NCBI GenBank assembly: GCA_010405405.1
Contig: MU004233.1
Location: 2,334,539-2,398,538 of the forward strand
Length of the DNA stretch: 64,000 bases
Source of the DNA: Microthyrium microscopicum
Lineage: Eukaryota
Direction of reading: 5' to 3'
The notes beneath the pieces are model-generated. The model was given only the letters and a program-made list of their open reading frames with translations, was not told the DNA's origin and did not search any database. This document shows, in pieces, positions 12,401 to 25,173 of this stretch (position 1 is the first letter of the stretch; every line of letters begins with the position of its first letter). Position numbers and translations under genes: made by a program.

Positions 12401-15400
12401 CTGCTATCGTTACCGACCGCTCGACCACAGGATATATGATTTCGGTGATAGCTTGAGTAGCAGCTTGAGCAAAGACTTGATGAACTTGATCATCTGCGAG
12501 AATTGTGCTGGAGTTTGGTGGATACTGAAGACGTTGGCTAATGTCCGGCAGGTTTTCGGCAAGAGAAGCAGGAGAAAAGGATCCTCGATTGACTCGAGGG
12601 CGGGGAATCAAAGACATGTCGTGGAAGCCGTCAAGTCCTTCGGGAATACCCGTGCCAAACTCTCCGTGATCCGCGAGGGCCTCACTCTCTCGAATGACAG
12701 TGGCGGGTTCAGCCTTCTTCATGTCAAACTTCAATGCTCCACAGAGGGCTTCAATTTCAAACTTGAGGTTTATTCGAAGTTCGGAATATGTGTAAAGCTC
12801 GAGTAGCACTCGGAGAATCTCGACAGTCCACGGATTGGGTGGTTGGAAAATCTCACTCTTTGTGGCTTCCGCGAGTACCTTTGCCGTGAAAGGGATTGCG
12901 ATGGCTAATCGTTTGGTAGCATTGGCTTCAATAAGAAGATCCTTGAAGGAGAGGTTCTTGATCTTGATGGGAACGTCACGAGCCAGAGTTATGGAGCCTA
13001 GCCAGGAGCCTAGGCTTTTCAAGTGATTCTTTTCAGTCGCTGAGGTCATCGTAGCCTCCATATTGAGTAATCGAGCTACAGAGACATAAGTCTCTCGTAT
13101 GATCTCTTGCCATAAAAGGCTATCGTTGAACAAATCAATCAACCTAAGGTAAAGACCTTGGAAGTTCGACTGAAGTTTGGCACGTTCCTCAACGATATAC
13201 TCGGCAAACCATTGATGATGTTTCTGTTCGAGAACTTCCATGATTCCTGGTTGTTTTTCTTCAATATTGGCGGGAGAGACATTGTTGAGAATGAATAGTA
13301 TCTTGTCTTGAACATCTTCGGACGGGGCTTCATAGGTCGAGTCGTGAAGTGGAGGATCGGCATGGATACAGCTGAAGCCAAGCGATGGCACCTCTGCATA
13401 GTCTTCGCCATTGCCATTTGGGAGCAATTTCGGGCTTGTGACATGCTCTTCACCATCTGGTCGACCGTTGCGGACAACATCTTCTGCAATGATCCATACA
13501 TCAGTTTCCTGGAGTTCTTCGATCCTTAGTAGTCGTTCGCAGAAAGTGGGCCAGTCTGCTAGTCTGCTTTGAAATTGTTTCAGGGCTTGCAGGCCGAACT
13601 TATACAGCTTTTCTTCCCGTGACGCGCTTGATTGAATAGCCTCCAGAACCATTGCCAAGCCCACTTGAAGCGCAATTGACGATAAGAGATTGAAGTTGAT
13701 TATACCGCCAAATAGAACCGCAGTGGTGGATAGAGCATCGACTGGGTATTCGGCGAAACAATTATATTCGTCGAATAGACCATTGATCATGCACGCAAAG
13801 AGCTCCTGCTCTTGTGGGTTATCGGATTGCTTGAAGCGCTGCAAATACTCGATGACATCTCGAACTTTGCTGTCACCATTATACAGCTTCTTGAAATGTT
13901 CGTTCATGATTTGATCGGCTTGTGAAGACAATTGATGACCTTCTTTTCCGTTGGCCTCGATCACATCATCAAAGCCTTCGCCGTAATTTATCAGCCGGGG
14001 GTATGCGTTGATGCAGATCTTGAGGACGGCGACCAGAGACTCCTCAGGTAGATGAGGTTGGAGAAAGTTCAAGAAACCGAAGACAGTCTTTACAGATAAT
14101 TGAACGGTTCGCGGAGCAGTAGGATCTCGCTGCATGGCCAATTCGCTTCTAGCTTTGGCCTCTACAATGCGAGCTAGTCCAGTAGGGAAGGCAGCCGGTA
14201 TGGCGTTGTATTGTACGTCAAGCCAGGCTTCCAGATCCAGAGTCCCTTGAGAATGCGCTAAAGCGGCTAGATCAACACCAAACTCGTTGGAAATCGATGT
14301 TAGTGTTGGAATCCATCCGTGCTCATTGGCATGTTCGTAAATGAAATACAGATCTTGCGGGTTTTGTTGATACATTTCGATGAATTTAGAGGCAAGCCAG
14401 AGGTTGTTTTCGCGTTTCCATAGCCCATGAAAGACGAATTTGTCGCCTGGCAGGCGCTTTCGGAGAAATGGAGTGAAGAGTTGATTGAAGGCTTGCGACT
14501 GTAAAGAGCCCCAAGGACTGGGTACGGCACCAGTCGCGAGAACGAAATAGTCGGTGTGAGGATTAATGATGGTTTCGGGTATGCGCATCGAATTGGCTTT
14601 GGCGTATTTCTCAGGAGATTCGAAGATCATGCTGAAAAGCGCGGCGGTCGCATCGAGAGAAACAAAAGGGTGTCGTACTGCCAGTTCAGCATGTGCTTTC
14701 ACCTCGTCAGTCGCGTCCTCAAAGGTTTCGAGATCGTAGGCCTTGCGGAGCCGGGGTATAGTAGAAGCATCTAGCTCGTCAGTGCTACAGGATAGGAATG
14801 CGGCGACAAAGGATAATTGAGTCTCGGTGTTGAGCCATTCCCCGCCCCAGAGTAATTGAATATCGAAATTTTCATATTCTTGGCCAAGGGGTAGAAGAGC
14901 GTGGTAAAGAGCCAAGAATTGGCGCTTTGATATTCGCAAGTCTGGCCGGTCAAATGATCCAACAACATCTTGCCAATCTGTTCGCTTGCTAATTCGATGA
15001 TCCTTCAAGGTATTTAGGAAAGTTGTCGCGTCGTAAGTCATTCCTAGATCCTGACTCAGAACCATGTAGAGGAGTACGTTGGCGATATGGGTAATTGAGA
15101 CATCTCTAGTATCGATGTGGCTCAGCATTTCTTTGCAGCTTTCGAATGAGGCCGTGGCACTCGGACGAGACTTTTGAACGAGCTTCAATAGTAGGTTGGT
15201 TGTATCAAGAAGTGCGGAGAGCTGTAAGAGGTTCATGATTTCTGGTGGGACATCGGATTGAAGCTTATCAAAACGGGACCGAATGACGAAAACGAGATTG
15301 GCAGGGCTCTCTTCGGTCCAGTTTCGTGGCGGGTCATGGATGATATGTTCAAGGAGGGAGTATAGATAGGCGATTGGTAGGTCATCACCTGCTTCTGAAG

Positions 15401-16280
15401 TGGGGCTGGCGATGATCATCAAAAGGTGTTGATAATTATTTGCCAGTATGGCATCAGCTGCGAGGTGTTAGCATATTAAACAGTTGGGGATGAGCGTTGG
15501 GTACCCTTTGTCCGTAGGTCGGGTTTTGACGCGTTCTTGAGGGACAGCGCCAACATGCATTTAGCCACGGCATCCAACTTGAAATGTTCCATGAACTTTG
15601 AAACATCGAAATTCTTGAACAATTCGCCTTCGGTAGTATCAATGGACTCGGCAATTTTGTCTGCTTCATCGGGATCTATCCGTATCTTTTGAACATATCT
15701 CGTGAGGAGGTCATAGCTTCCTTGTGGTTGTGCGGCATTGTTGAAAATGTAGTCGGCATTGAGTTGGAGAATTCGACGGAAGAATTTAGGATACACGTCC
15801 ATGCCGTGCTGCGATATCATCTAGATGTAATTGTTAGAATATTGTTTTTGCGTGATGGATGGACATGTTTACGTCGGAGATTTGCTCAGCTTGTGATTCG
15901 CGCTTGACCGTGTCCTTTTCCTGATTGATGGTACCCAACAGTATAAAGATCTGAGTCAGAACCAATCTCGACAAGCCTGATGGATTGGCAGCAGAACTAG
16001 GAGAGGCAGTTTGTGATAGAGCGGGAGAGGCACGAGGTATTCGCGTCGAGCCCCCTCCGCCGCCAGTCGCACTAACACCTCCTTGTGAAGCGGTAGGCAG
16101 AGCTGCGGCGGCGGAGGCAGGAGGCTGCGAGCTCGCGGAGGACGCTATTCTGGCGCGAGATTGCAGCTGGCCCGATGAAGGCTGCTGCGAACTTTGCGGC
16201 GAAAAGGGTGAGGGATTGGTGGAGGATTGGGTGTGCGAAGCTGGCTCGGTATAGATTGGAGGCAGGCGTCGTGGTTGCAT
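9459..16280 (-). CDS. NOT1: CCR4-NOT scaffold subunit Not1 (Cdc39); exons 16280-15873, 15820-15505, 15457-9459 (~2240 aa)
   Basis: Conserved Not1 motifs QDKILFILNNVS, FQPPNPWT, PVVERSVTIA, PGFAFAWLSLISHR, LHHDFPDF, DQLRFPNSHTHWF, RPHPWG; two canonical introns restore the frame. Confidence 0.96.
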
Positions 16281-17534
16281 GAAGACATGCGCGCAACTCG
16301 AGGCGGATGGGCACAGGTGCCAGGAAGAGGAGGTGAGAGAGAAGGAAGTGAAGCAGGCGGTAGAGGGAGGAGAATGGGTGGGCGGGAAGAGATAGCTTAT
16401 GAGATGGATGGGGGAAATGGATTGGTGTTGGAGAGATGATGATGGATCTTGATGGTGAAGTTGGGAGTAGTGTGAGATGTCGCATTGTCAGTCAGCCAGT
16501 TGGGAAAGAACAAGCCAAGTCCTGCGCTTGTATGGCAGGAGCACCTCTCAGTGGGCAAGCACGACACGACTCGCTGTCTTTGATTGGTAGGAACGAGTCG
16601 ACCACCCGCCTGTTCACGTGACTATATCGCAATTGCCCTGAATTCTGTCACAGACTGTCAGTGTCGACTTCAAAATTGAACGTCTTCTCAAAATATCATT
16701 AACCAAGATATAAGACAGTACCAGTCAGATATGGCAGCAATTGCCTGGATATCTAGCTGGACCATGGCGACCTTGCAGGCTGTAACACTTCTTCTCAGCT
16801 CATCAACGTAGCCTAGGATCATACATTGAGTCGTGTTTTCTCTTCCACTGCGCGTTCTACAGTACAACTTTAGAGCTTTTGCTCACGAGTCACGAAGCAC
16901 TTGTCTCATCAGTCATCATCATGCATACCAGCACCAAGTAGGGCTTGAATGACAGTACTTTATCGAAATCAGCTCCTAACTCTTCATGATCTATATCAGT
17001 CATCATATGCCTTAACAGTTATGACTTGGATTTTTCCCGCATTGTCTGGAACTCGATCAGGTGTCTGGCAACTTTGGATCTTGATATATCAGTTCTGGTG
17101 CGACCAACATAATTCTTGCAAGCTTGAACCTCCTATTTCGAGTAGATACAGCCTTGAAAACACACGAGAACAATAGCGCTTTTAAGCATGGTCTCTAGGA
17201 GAAATTATTCAGCTCAGATCTTCGTCCTTGATCTCAGGCTTTCGTCTGTCTTTAGCTTTCACGCTGCGCAGCTGGAGTTAGTGTTCTTTAGCAGTCGCGT
17301 CAGCGTGTTACTGCTGTGCGAGCAACGGCAAAACATTGCAAACAACCTTCTCAGTATCTGAACATCAGTAGCTTAAATAATGAAAATCAGCATAAAAGTA
17401 CACTGTTACCTTTTAATCGATTTTAAAAAAGTGAAACTTCTGATCTTCTGCATGCAAATCGCAAGAAGGAAAGTGATGAAGGTGTTGGAGCGTTGGCGCC
17501 AAAAAGAGCTGGAGTGGGGTTGCGGGGGCAACGA

Positions 17535-17543
17535 GTAAACAAA
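17535..17543 (+). promoter_or_regulatory. Forkhead (Fkh2/Sep1-type) consensus site upstream of HOF1
   Basis: GTAAACAAA about 220 bp before the HOF1 ATG; yeast HOF1/cdc15 are forkhead-regulated mitotic genes. A single short match. Confidence 0.35.
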
Positions 17544-17756
17544 CACGCCTCTCCAATATCATCACTTGCACAAGAGCATCACTCTCAATACCCGTTCACC
17601 CTGGTCCTAGCAGTGAGAATTCCATATTGCCTTTCATTCCTGTGTTCTCACCACCGAATCTCAATTGTCCTCTTTTCCTTCTGCTCACTGCGATACCTAC
17701 ATTCCGGCCAAAACTAAGCAGACACTGCCGCTGCTGAACAAGAATATCCACCCAAG

Positions 17757-20700
17757 ATGCCAGCTGCTGCTGCTGGTGACGCTCCGGGGGTGTCCTATTC
17801 TTGTGAGTAGACTTCATCCTCGCGCTAGATATGTCTAATAAGCTATAGTTGCGAACAATTTCTGGGGAAAGGACGATGCTGGCGTTGCTCCGCTGTTGGA
17901 GCGCATGCACAATGCCAAAACTACCTGTGACGAAATCAAGACATTCTATTCAAGTACGCTCTATTATTCCACGCAATACACCTTTTGCTAACATCAATCT
18001 AGCTCGCGCTGCAATAGAAGACGAATATGCCCGCAAACTCGCCGCCCTCGGAAAGAAGCCGCTCGGATCAGGCGAGTCTGGCACCCTGCGCATGTCCCTC
18101 GATACGATCCGCAAAGAAGTAGAGTCCATGGCCAAAGAACATCAAACTGTCGCCAATCAGATGAAGTCCGAACTCGATGAACAACTCGCTATAAATGCTG
18201 GGGGCCTCAAAGAGCGACGGAAAGTTATCCAGACTGCCATCGAAAAGCTGTACAAGCTCAAATGCCAACAAACGGCTACACTCAACAAGACTAGGGAAAA
18301 ATATAAGCAGGATTGTTGGAAAGCAAAAGGATACTCTGCCCAGTCGCATATGGTCATGGGTCAAGAAGAGCGGAAGAACAAGGCCAAGTTGGAGAAGACA
18401 TATGCGCAAATGGCGACAACTAGTACGGACTACCAAGATGCGGTTGCTGCTCTTCAGGAAACTACTGGCCGATGGAACCGAGAATGGAAGAATGCGTGCG
18501 ACGTGAGTCCATGCCACGAACAACGATGGGACAGTAACTAATGAGCACACAGAAATTCCAAGATCTTGAAGAGGAGCGCATTGAGTATCTCAAAGATAGT
18601 TTGTGGATCTTTGCAAACATATCATCCACCGTTTGCGTAACTGATGATCAGGTTAGTAACTTGAGGCTATCAAATTACCATGCTAATGCTGCTACAGTCT
18701 TGCGAGAATATGCGTTTGTCCCTTGAAAAATGCGACGTAGACGACGATATCATGTCATTTATCAAAATCCAAGGAACTGGACAAGAAATCCCCGATCCAC
18801 CAAAGTTTATCGACTTCCGTCGCGATGATGCTGATGACACGGCCTCTGAAGTCTCTGTTGCCAACAATTGCTCTATCGCTCAATTTCCACGAGCCTTGAA
18901 TCCATCCATTCGACCTGGAGCTTCGTCTCCACAGCCTTCTGTTTTCGAGTCTCACCATGATCCAAATTCGGCCCTGGCACGAGAAATGGGCATTGGTAGT
19001 TCGCCTCTTCAAGCTACAGCTGGCTCGGAAATCCCAGAGCCGATAAAGAAAATGAAGTCTCGCCAGCCATCGGTGGAGCCTGAGAGTCCATATGGCCAAC
19101 CTACCTTCGCCACTTCATACGTTGATCCCAAGCCGGCTGCAAGAAATTACCCTCCAGATCAATTCTCGAGATCTGTACCCCCTCTCAATGGCTCAGACAT
19201 GAGTTCGTCGTCAGTGAGCTACAACCGACGACCATCTCAAGACTCTCATAGCGAACTCTCTCAAAACTCCTTCACTAGCTATGAAGCATCCAGTGTTGGC
19301 CATCAATCGCCCGTCAAACAGATGGCCGACGAGCCAGCAAAGAAGAACCCTTGGTACAAGAGCCCCTTCAGCCGATCCAAAGCATCTGGTCTCGACAGCG
19401 CAGAATCAACACCAACACCTACCAACCGCGCCGCAAGCCGCAATACCTGGGGTCCCGTCGCAGCCCGTCAAGCAGGCATGGACAGCACACCCTCCCGCAA
19501 CGCACGCGGCGCCCTCTTCTCCAACCAACGCACCGCCTCTCCCGACCCTATGATAGATCCCTCCGCCAAAACCCAACTCAACATCGGCTCCAACATCTTC
19601 GACGTCTCTCCCAACGCCCACCGCCAACACCAACAACCACCATCAACACAGCTCGGCGACCCAGCAGACCCCCTCGAACAAGCCCTCGCCGACCTCGCCG
19701 ACATCACCAAAGGCCCGCGCGACCGCGAATCCGCAGACCACCATCTCGGCCTCCACACCCCAAACCCAGGCTCTCCCCTCCCCGGCGCCGTCCCAACCCC
19801 CTTCGCCGCCTCCACCGCCCGCAGCACACCACCACCCGCCTACGCCGCCGCGCCCATCGGCCACCTCGGTGCCCCACCAGCAGCACATACAGCGCGCGAC
19901 ATGCACGCCGCCAAAAACCGCTACGTAAACCAACGCCGCACAGTCTTCGACGACGGACGCGCAAGTCCCAACCCCGTGCGCGCAACAAGTCCCCGTCCAC
20001 CGAACCAACAGCAACCACAGCAAGGAACCTACAACCGCCCACCCAGCGCCCAAGCATACAACCGCCCCGCCTCCCGAAACACCCAAGCCTACACCACCAC
20101 CCCCGTCCCACGCGCCACATCTCCAAATCCCTACGCATCCCGCCCACGCGCAAACACAAGCACACCGCAAAAGAACTACAACAACACCGGTTCCTGGGGT
20201 TCGCGCGGCCGAAACAACGCCTCGCCTGCACCACCCACCAACCTCCCTCCACGAGCGGTATCACCTAATCCAGCTGCATATGCGAGCTCGCAGAGTAGAC
20301 CGGCCAGTCGAGTCGCGAATGGGAGTGGCGAGATTGTAACTATGCGTGGTAGACCTAATAGCCAGTACTATCCGCCGGAAGCTGCTGGACAGGGACAAGG
20401 TGGACAGGTTAGTACGCGCGTGCGGAGTAAGAGTGTGGCGGATGGGAGACAGTTTACGAAGGATGGGAGGGTTATTTTGCATTTTAGTAAGTTATACTTG
20501 CCCCTGATACGCCAGTGAGGGTGACCGGAGCTTGCGAGGGATCATCAGCTTGCGAGGGATCAGTCACTATCCTCTGAAGTGGACAAATCAGCTAACGAGT
20601 ATTCAACAGCACGAGCAATGTACATGTACCAAGCCCAAATCCCCGAAGAACTAGGATTCGGCAAAGGTGACGTCTTGGCCGTCCTACGACTGCAGGATGA

Positions 20701-20779
20701 TGGCTGGTGGGAGGCGGAGAGTGTTAATCAGCCGGGGAATAGAGGGTTGGTGCCGAGTAATTATTTGCAAGCTTGTTGA
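17757..20779 (+). CDS. HOF1: F-BAR/SH3 cytokinesis protein Hof1/Cdc15/Imp2; exons 17757-17802, 17849-17953, 18003-18502, 18553-18651, 18698-20486, 20610-20779
   Basis: N-terminal FANNFWGKDDAGVAPLLERM, RAAIEDEYARKL, KFQDLEEERI, GTGQEIPDPPKFI; P/S-rich linker; C-terminal SH3 RAMYMYQAQIPEELGF..DDGWW..GLVPSNYL; five GT-AG introns. Confidence 0.93.
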
Positions 20780-21334
20780 TGCGAGCTTGCGAGTATGACG
20801 AAGGCTGGATGAATAGGAAGGAGGAAGTGGATGGTTGTGGGTTCAGGCGTATGGGGCCGTTTTGCTGTTAGATTGTATATACAGCGCTACCGTTTTGCGC
20901 GATTTGATGGCGTGGTGCTGGCGTTGGTATGGCATATGAACGGCGTCATAAATGACTGATTGACTACTTGTATTGTTCACGCTGAATACAGTACCTAGAG
21001 TATCACAAGTTTAACTAGTATGGCAGAATATGACCGGTCTGACTCACAAGATAAAGATAAACGGGGTGAAATAAGAGTAAAAAGGGTGTCTTGATATGCC
21101 AAAAGGATCAATATCAAAACACCATGTTATCCATTCTGAATCATCAACAACACTACCAGTAGTAGTGATGATATAACCAAACCCAATCCCGCATAAATAA
21201 ATAGCAAAGTGGTATCTCAAGCTAGACATCCATTCCCAATGTCCACCAACGCCAAACAAATTTTTGTTCCAAATCATCACCATTCCCATCATCATGAACC
21301 CCTCCACCCGTCATTAGGTGTGTCATAATCATGC

Positions 21335-23176
21335 TCATGCGCGTCGAATATCAGACCACCGATCAGCAATCCTCTCCACCACAAACACCAACCGTTCCCT
21401 CGCACTCCCCATCTCCAGCAACGCCAACCGATCCCGTTCCTGGCCTAAAAACACACCCGCTACCCACCAGCCCAGCGCGCCAACGTCTTCGATTTCTCCG
21501 TCGGTGATGGATGGCATTGCCCCGCGACTACCTTCGATGCCGCGTTTCCAGACATCTTCGCCCACTCGCCCGCGTTGCACGGCAAGGAATTCGCAGAGAA
21601 GTCGAACAAGTTCCTGTGTGCGTAGCCTCGAGACGACGCCAGAGTAGCTCCGTTTTGCGCGTGCCAACCAGTCTAGACAAAGCGCGCCAGGCGTCCCATC
21701 GAATTGTACGCCCTGTAGCCGTGAGTCTAAGGCGCGCATGTAGCCTACTTGTACTCGTTCTTTTTCTGCGTCTAGTTCGGGCGTGTCGTCTGGGATGACG
21801 GTACAGGCTGCTGTCCAGTAACCTGCTGGCGCACGGGCCCAGTTTGAGACGTGGACGCGCGCCAGACCGGTGGTGAAGACGTAGATCTCCATATCTTTAG
21901 TCGGTGGGTTTGTAGCGAGAGTGAGCGGTTCGTAGACGACGCTGTCGATGCGAAGGAGGACTGCCGTGGTGTGAAATGGCGGCGCGCTCGGATTCAGGGA
22001 CGACGAGGGTGCTGCCATTGCGAAGGTACGTGATGGCGTGCGTAGTATTCGCCGTAGCATGGTGCGATATCGTGGCTCGAAGATGCGTAGATTCGTCGGT
22101 TGCGTTGGTAATGCGGGCGTGCAGACGAAGAGCGGATGTGTCATGGTACTGGGCGCAAGGCGCGAGGAGTCGAGGAAGTGTATTTTCGAGTCGGCGAGCT
22201 CAGGACGCCAGCAGACATTTATCACGCCCCAGAGAGCCATGTTGTTTGTCCAGTTCCAAGTATTTTCATGATGTAGTGATTCGCCGGACGGAAGGAGGAC
22301 GCCAAGAGAGACTCGGCAGTTTGGACATGTAGGTTGAACCATACCGAAGCGGGGGTGTATAGATGTTTGGTCGATTTGTTGATGGAGACATTCGCGGCAG
22401 AAAGTGTGGCCGCAGCGGAGGGTCATGGGCTCGAGGTAGCAGCAGGAGCAGATGGGACATGTGAAGGCGGATTCTGGGACACCGGGGCGGACGAGGCGAG
22501 AGATGTCTTTTTCTGGAGCGTTCATTGTAGGATCTGAGGAGTCGAGAAGAAAACTGTCGTAGCGTCGTAATGAAGGAGGTCGATGTTCGATGACCATGGC
22601 GTCTGTTTTGAGGTCGTGGTCTTCTGATGGTTCCGAGTCTTCATCGTAGAGACCTTGTAAACATGCGCTGGTAATGATGTTGGTGATATGTTCTATCAAG
22701 TCCGCAAAGATGACATCCCGAGGACAATCAGTTTCCGTATATGTCCTACACCCATCGATGGGGCATTTTTCCGACTCCAAGACACAACTCCGACAAAACG
22801 TATAACCACATCGTGTGGTTACTGGCCAAGTGCCTAGCTCCGATGAACATTGTGTACAAAGTAATTTATCCTGAATGTGAAATTTGTCGAAATGGTCCGG
22901 AACTCGCAAAGAACGGTTGATTAGACCTTTGACTTCCATAAGATTAGAGGTCAGGTCATATAACGAATATGTGTTGTGAAGTAAAGTATATATATTGTTG
23001 CTTATACAAGAAGCAGAAGACGAGCGAGATCTATGTGTATGTATTAGCATTCTGTTATTGCAAAGGTGGCACACTCTGGTCATGGATGTTCCATAATGAC
23101 GTTTACATAAAAATGAAAAGAGGGTAACAGAGGCTGAAACGGGTAAACTTACAGTAGAAGGAGCTGACGAGGCCAT
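21335..23176 (-). CDS. LON peptidase N-terminal domain and RING finger protein (LONRF-like E3 ligase); start uncertain (ATG at 23176 or 22939)
   Basis: Two RING-like motifs (CTQC..PVTTRCGYTFCRSC; CPICSC..PMTLRCGHTFCRECL..CPNCR) and the LON substrate-binding motif PLFVCTPALP..LRIFEPRYRTMLRR. Confidence 0.82.
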   Translation of the reverse strand: MASSAPSTVSLPVSASVTLFSFLCKRHYGTSMTRVCHLCNNRMLIHTHRSRSSSASCISNNIYTLLHNTYSLYDLTSNLMEVKGLINRSLRVPDHFDKFHIQDKLLCTQCSSELGTWPVTTRCGYTFCRSCVLESEKCPIDGCRTYTETDCPRDVIFADLIEHITNIITSACLQGLYDEDSEPSEDHDLKTDAMVIEHRPPSLRRYDSFLLDSSDPTMNAPEKDISRLVRPGVPESAFTCPICSCCYLEPMTLRCGHTFCRECLHQQIDQTSIHPRFGMVQPTCPNCRVSLGVLLPSGESLHHENTWNWTNNMALWGVINVCWRPELADSKIHFLDSSRLAPSTMTHPLFVCTPALPTQPTNLRIFEPRYRTMLRRILRTPSRTFAMAAPSSSLNPSAPPFHTTAVLLRIDSVVYEPLTLATNPPTKDMEIYVFTTGLARVHVSNWARAPAGYWTAACTVIPDDTPELDAEKERVQVGYMRALDSRLQGVQFDGTPGALCLDWLARAKRSYSGVVSRLRTQELVRLLCEFLAVQRGRVGEDVWKRGIEGSRGAMPSITDGEIEDVGALGWWVAGVFLGQERDRLALLEMGSARERLVFVVERIADRWSDIRRA

Positions 23177-24580
23177 GTATATATTTGAAAATCGCTTCAG
23201 AAATGTATGTATTTGGTTGCTGGTTTCGTGTATTTGGTTGTAAAGGTAAGTTATGTAGAGATGTTGGTGCACGATAGAATGCGCAAGACTGGAAGCTATA
23301 GAGGTGGTCGAGAGGCGAATAGGTGACGGCTAGGGTCCGATGGCAACGAACCAAACAAATTGCAGAAAGAAAAGGGAAGCTGCAGCTTTAGCTAATAGCG
23401 GAGGAGTAAGCCGAGAAACGAGATTGGTGGAGAGAAATAGCAGGAGCCAGGTTGACAGGTAGATAGTTGGTGATGGTAGAGTAGGATTTGAATATAGATG
23501 ACGAGCACAAGCAGATCTAGGGCAGTTGTGTGTGTGTTGGTGTGGACAAGCAAATCTTTGATGTTACGGTGCCTCCATCTAATAATGGAATGGCAGCTTA
23601 TTATGAAAGGGGGATACAGGTTGCAATGATTACATGATTATTTTGGTGCTTGAATATTATTCAGACCAAGCGAATGGTCATGACAGCGGACCCGGTAAAC
23701 GACATGAATGTTGTGGAAATGGGTTGTGGATAGAATAATGGGAGGAGAGTTCGGAGGAAAAGAACAAGTACCAGGCGGTTGGGTGGTTGGATGGTTGAGG
23801 AAGAAAAGAGGATTAAAACACCACAGAGTAGCCAGGCCGAGGATCGCGTGCATTCAAATCCAGATCGACGATACAGTCTTGACCCCTTTGAGCTCGGGGT
23901 GCTTGCGTTTCAATCCAATGAACATGTCTCAAATCTCGCTTATTTTACCAGTCTTGAACGACTAGCTTCGATACACATTCATTGACTTGTCAGTCTGTAT
24001 CGATCCCATCGAACATGGCTTGTCAAGCTGTCAGTCCAACCTTATGCGAACTCCGAAGCTCTCGAGTCTCGGCAAGCACGGCCATCTTCGTATCCGTACC
24101 TTCAAAATACACCACTCTAGATACACCTGTACACAATTAATTATTCAGCCCCATACTCCATCAAGCATTATCAGAGTAACAGTACCCAACATAACAAGAG
24201 AGAAAAGAAACCCCACAAACCATATCTTCCAAGCTCCCGATCAAGGCACGAAGTCAGCTTAGGTGGCAAAGTCAAGTCAAGGTACAATGCATAATCCATC
24301 TCAACCAACCCCACCCGTATCGGAGATTACTCCGTACCAAGACCCTGGCACGCCAGGCGACCACGAGCCTCAACAAACTCTGCACAATACCGGTCCTGTT
24401 CCGCCATACATCAACAACTAATCCATATCGATGACGCCTCGATAATCAACTTCTAGCATTCAACCATAATTCATGTGCCTCAACTATCCTTTTGCCTGAA
24501 TCCTTCAGCTTCTAATAGTTACCAAAGCACCATGTGTATCGATGAGCCAGCACGATGTCGATGGACAAGCATAATATTTC

Positions 24581-24900
24581 TTCAAGCACAATATCTTTAG
24601 AACCAAACCGCTTCAAGCACAACATCTCTACAAGCACAACAGTATGACAGCACGTTTAAAACCCCATAGCATCAAGCACAACATTTCTAGCACCCAGTCG
24701 CATCAACCACAATATCTCTAGAACCCATTCTTCAAGGACCCCAAGTCATGAAAAATCACAATATCTCTGACGACTGGATCGCAACTTCACAAAATTAAGC
24801 GGTACTCATCAAAAAAAAGGACCCGTAAATCACTAAGCGGTACCCCTACGACCATAATGTCAGCCTACAAGGGTACTTTCAAGCACAATATCACAGAAGG
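24581..24900. repeat. Cluster of ~6 degenerate TCAAGCACAAYATCTCTAGAACC-like motifs
   Basis: Copies start near 24581, 24612, 24671, 24702, 24755 and 24878. Confidence 0.55.
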
Positions 24901-25173
24901 TCAAACCATGAAACAGCATAGGTGCCTTCCATCCTCTTTAAAATCAAGCTTCAATCACAAACCAGACACTTGACAATTGGATGAGAGATAATAAGTATTA
25001 CACTTCAATACATATATCATGCCACAAGTGAGCGAGTCGCCAGAACTCAAAACTCCACATATAACTATCCAGCTATCTTTTTCAAAAAATGCGCGCCATG
25101 CAGATAATAACAATCAAAAATGCCAATCGCTAAATGCAACTACAGTTCCACAAAATCTCCGCTTGTCAAAGGA

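Noticed and set aside
12063..12806. 247-aa plus-strand ORF
   Set aside because: Antisense to NOT1, no recognisable motifs
19351..20268. 305-aa Arg/Pro-rich ORF and antisense ORFs inside HOF1
   Set aside because: Alternative frames of C-rich low-complexity coding sequence
20528..20562. 16-bp direct repeat AGCTTGCGAGGGATCA in the last HOF1 intron
   Set aside because: Simple local duplication with no evidence of function
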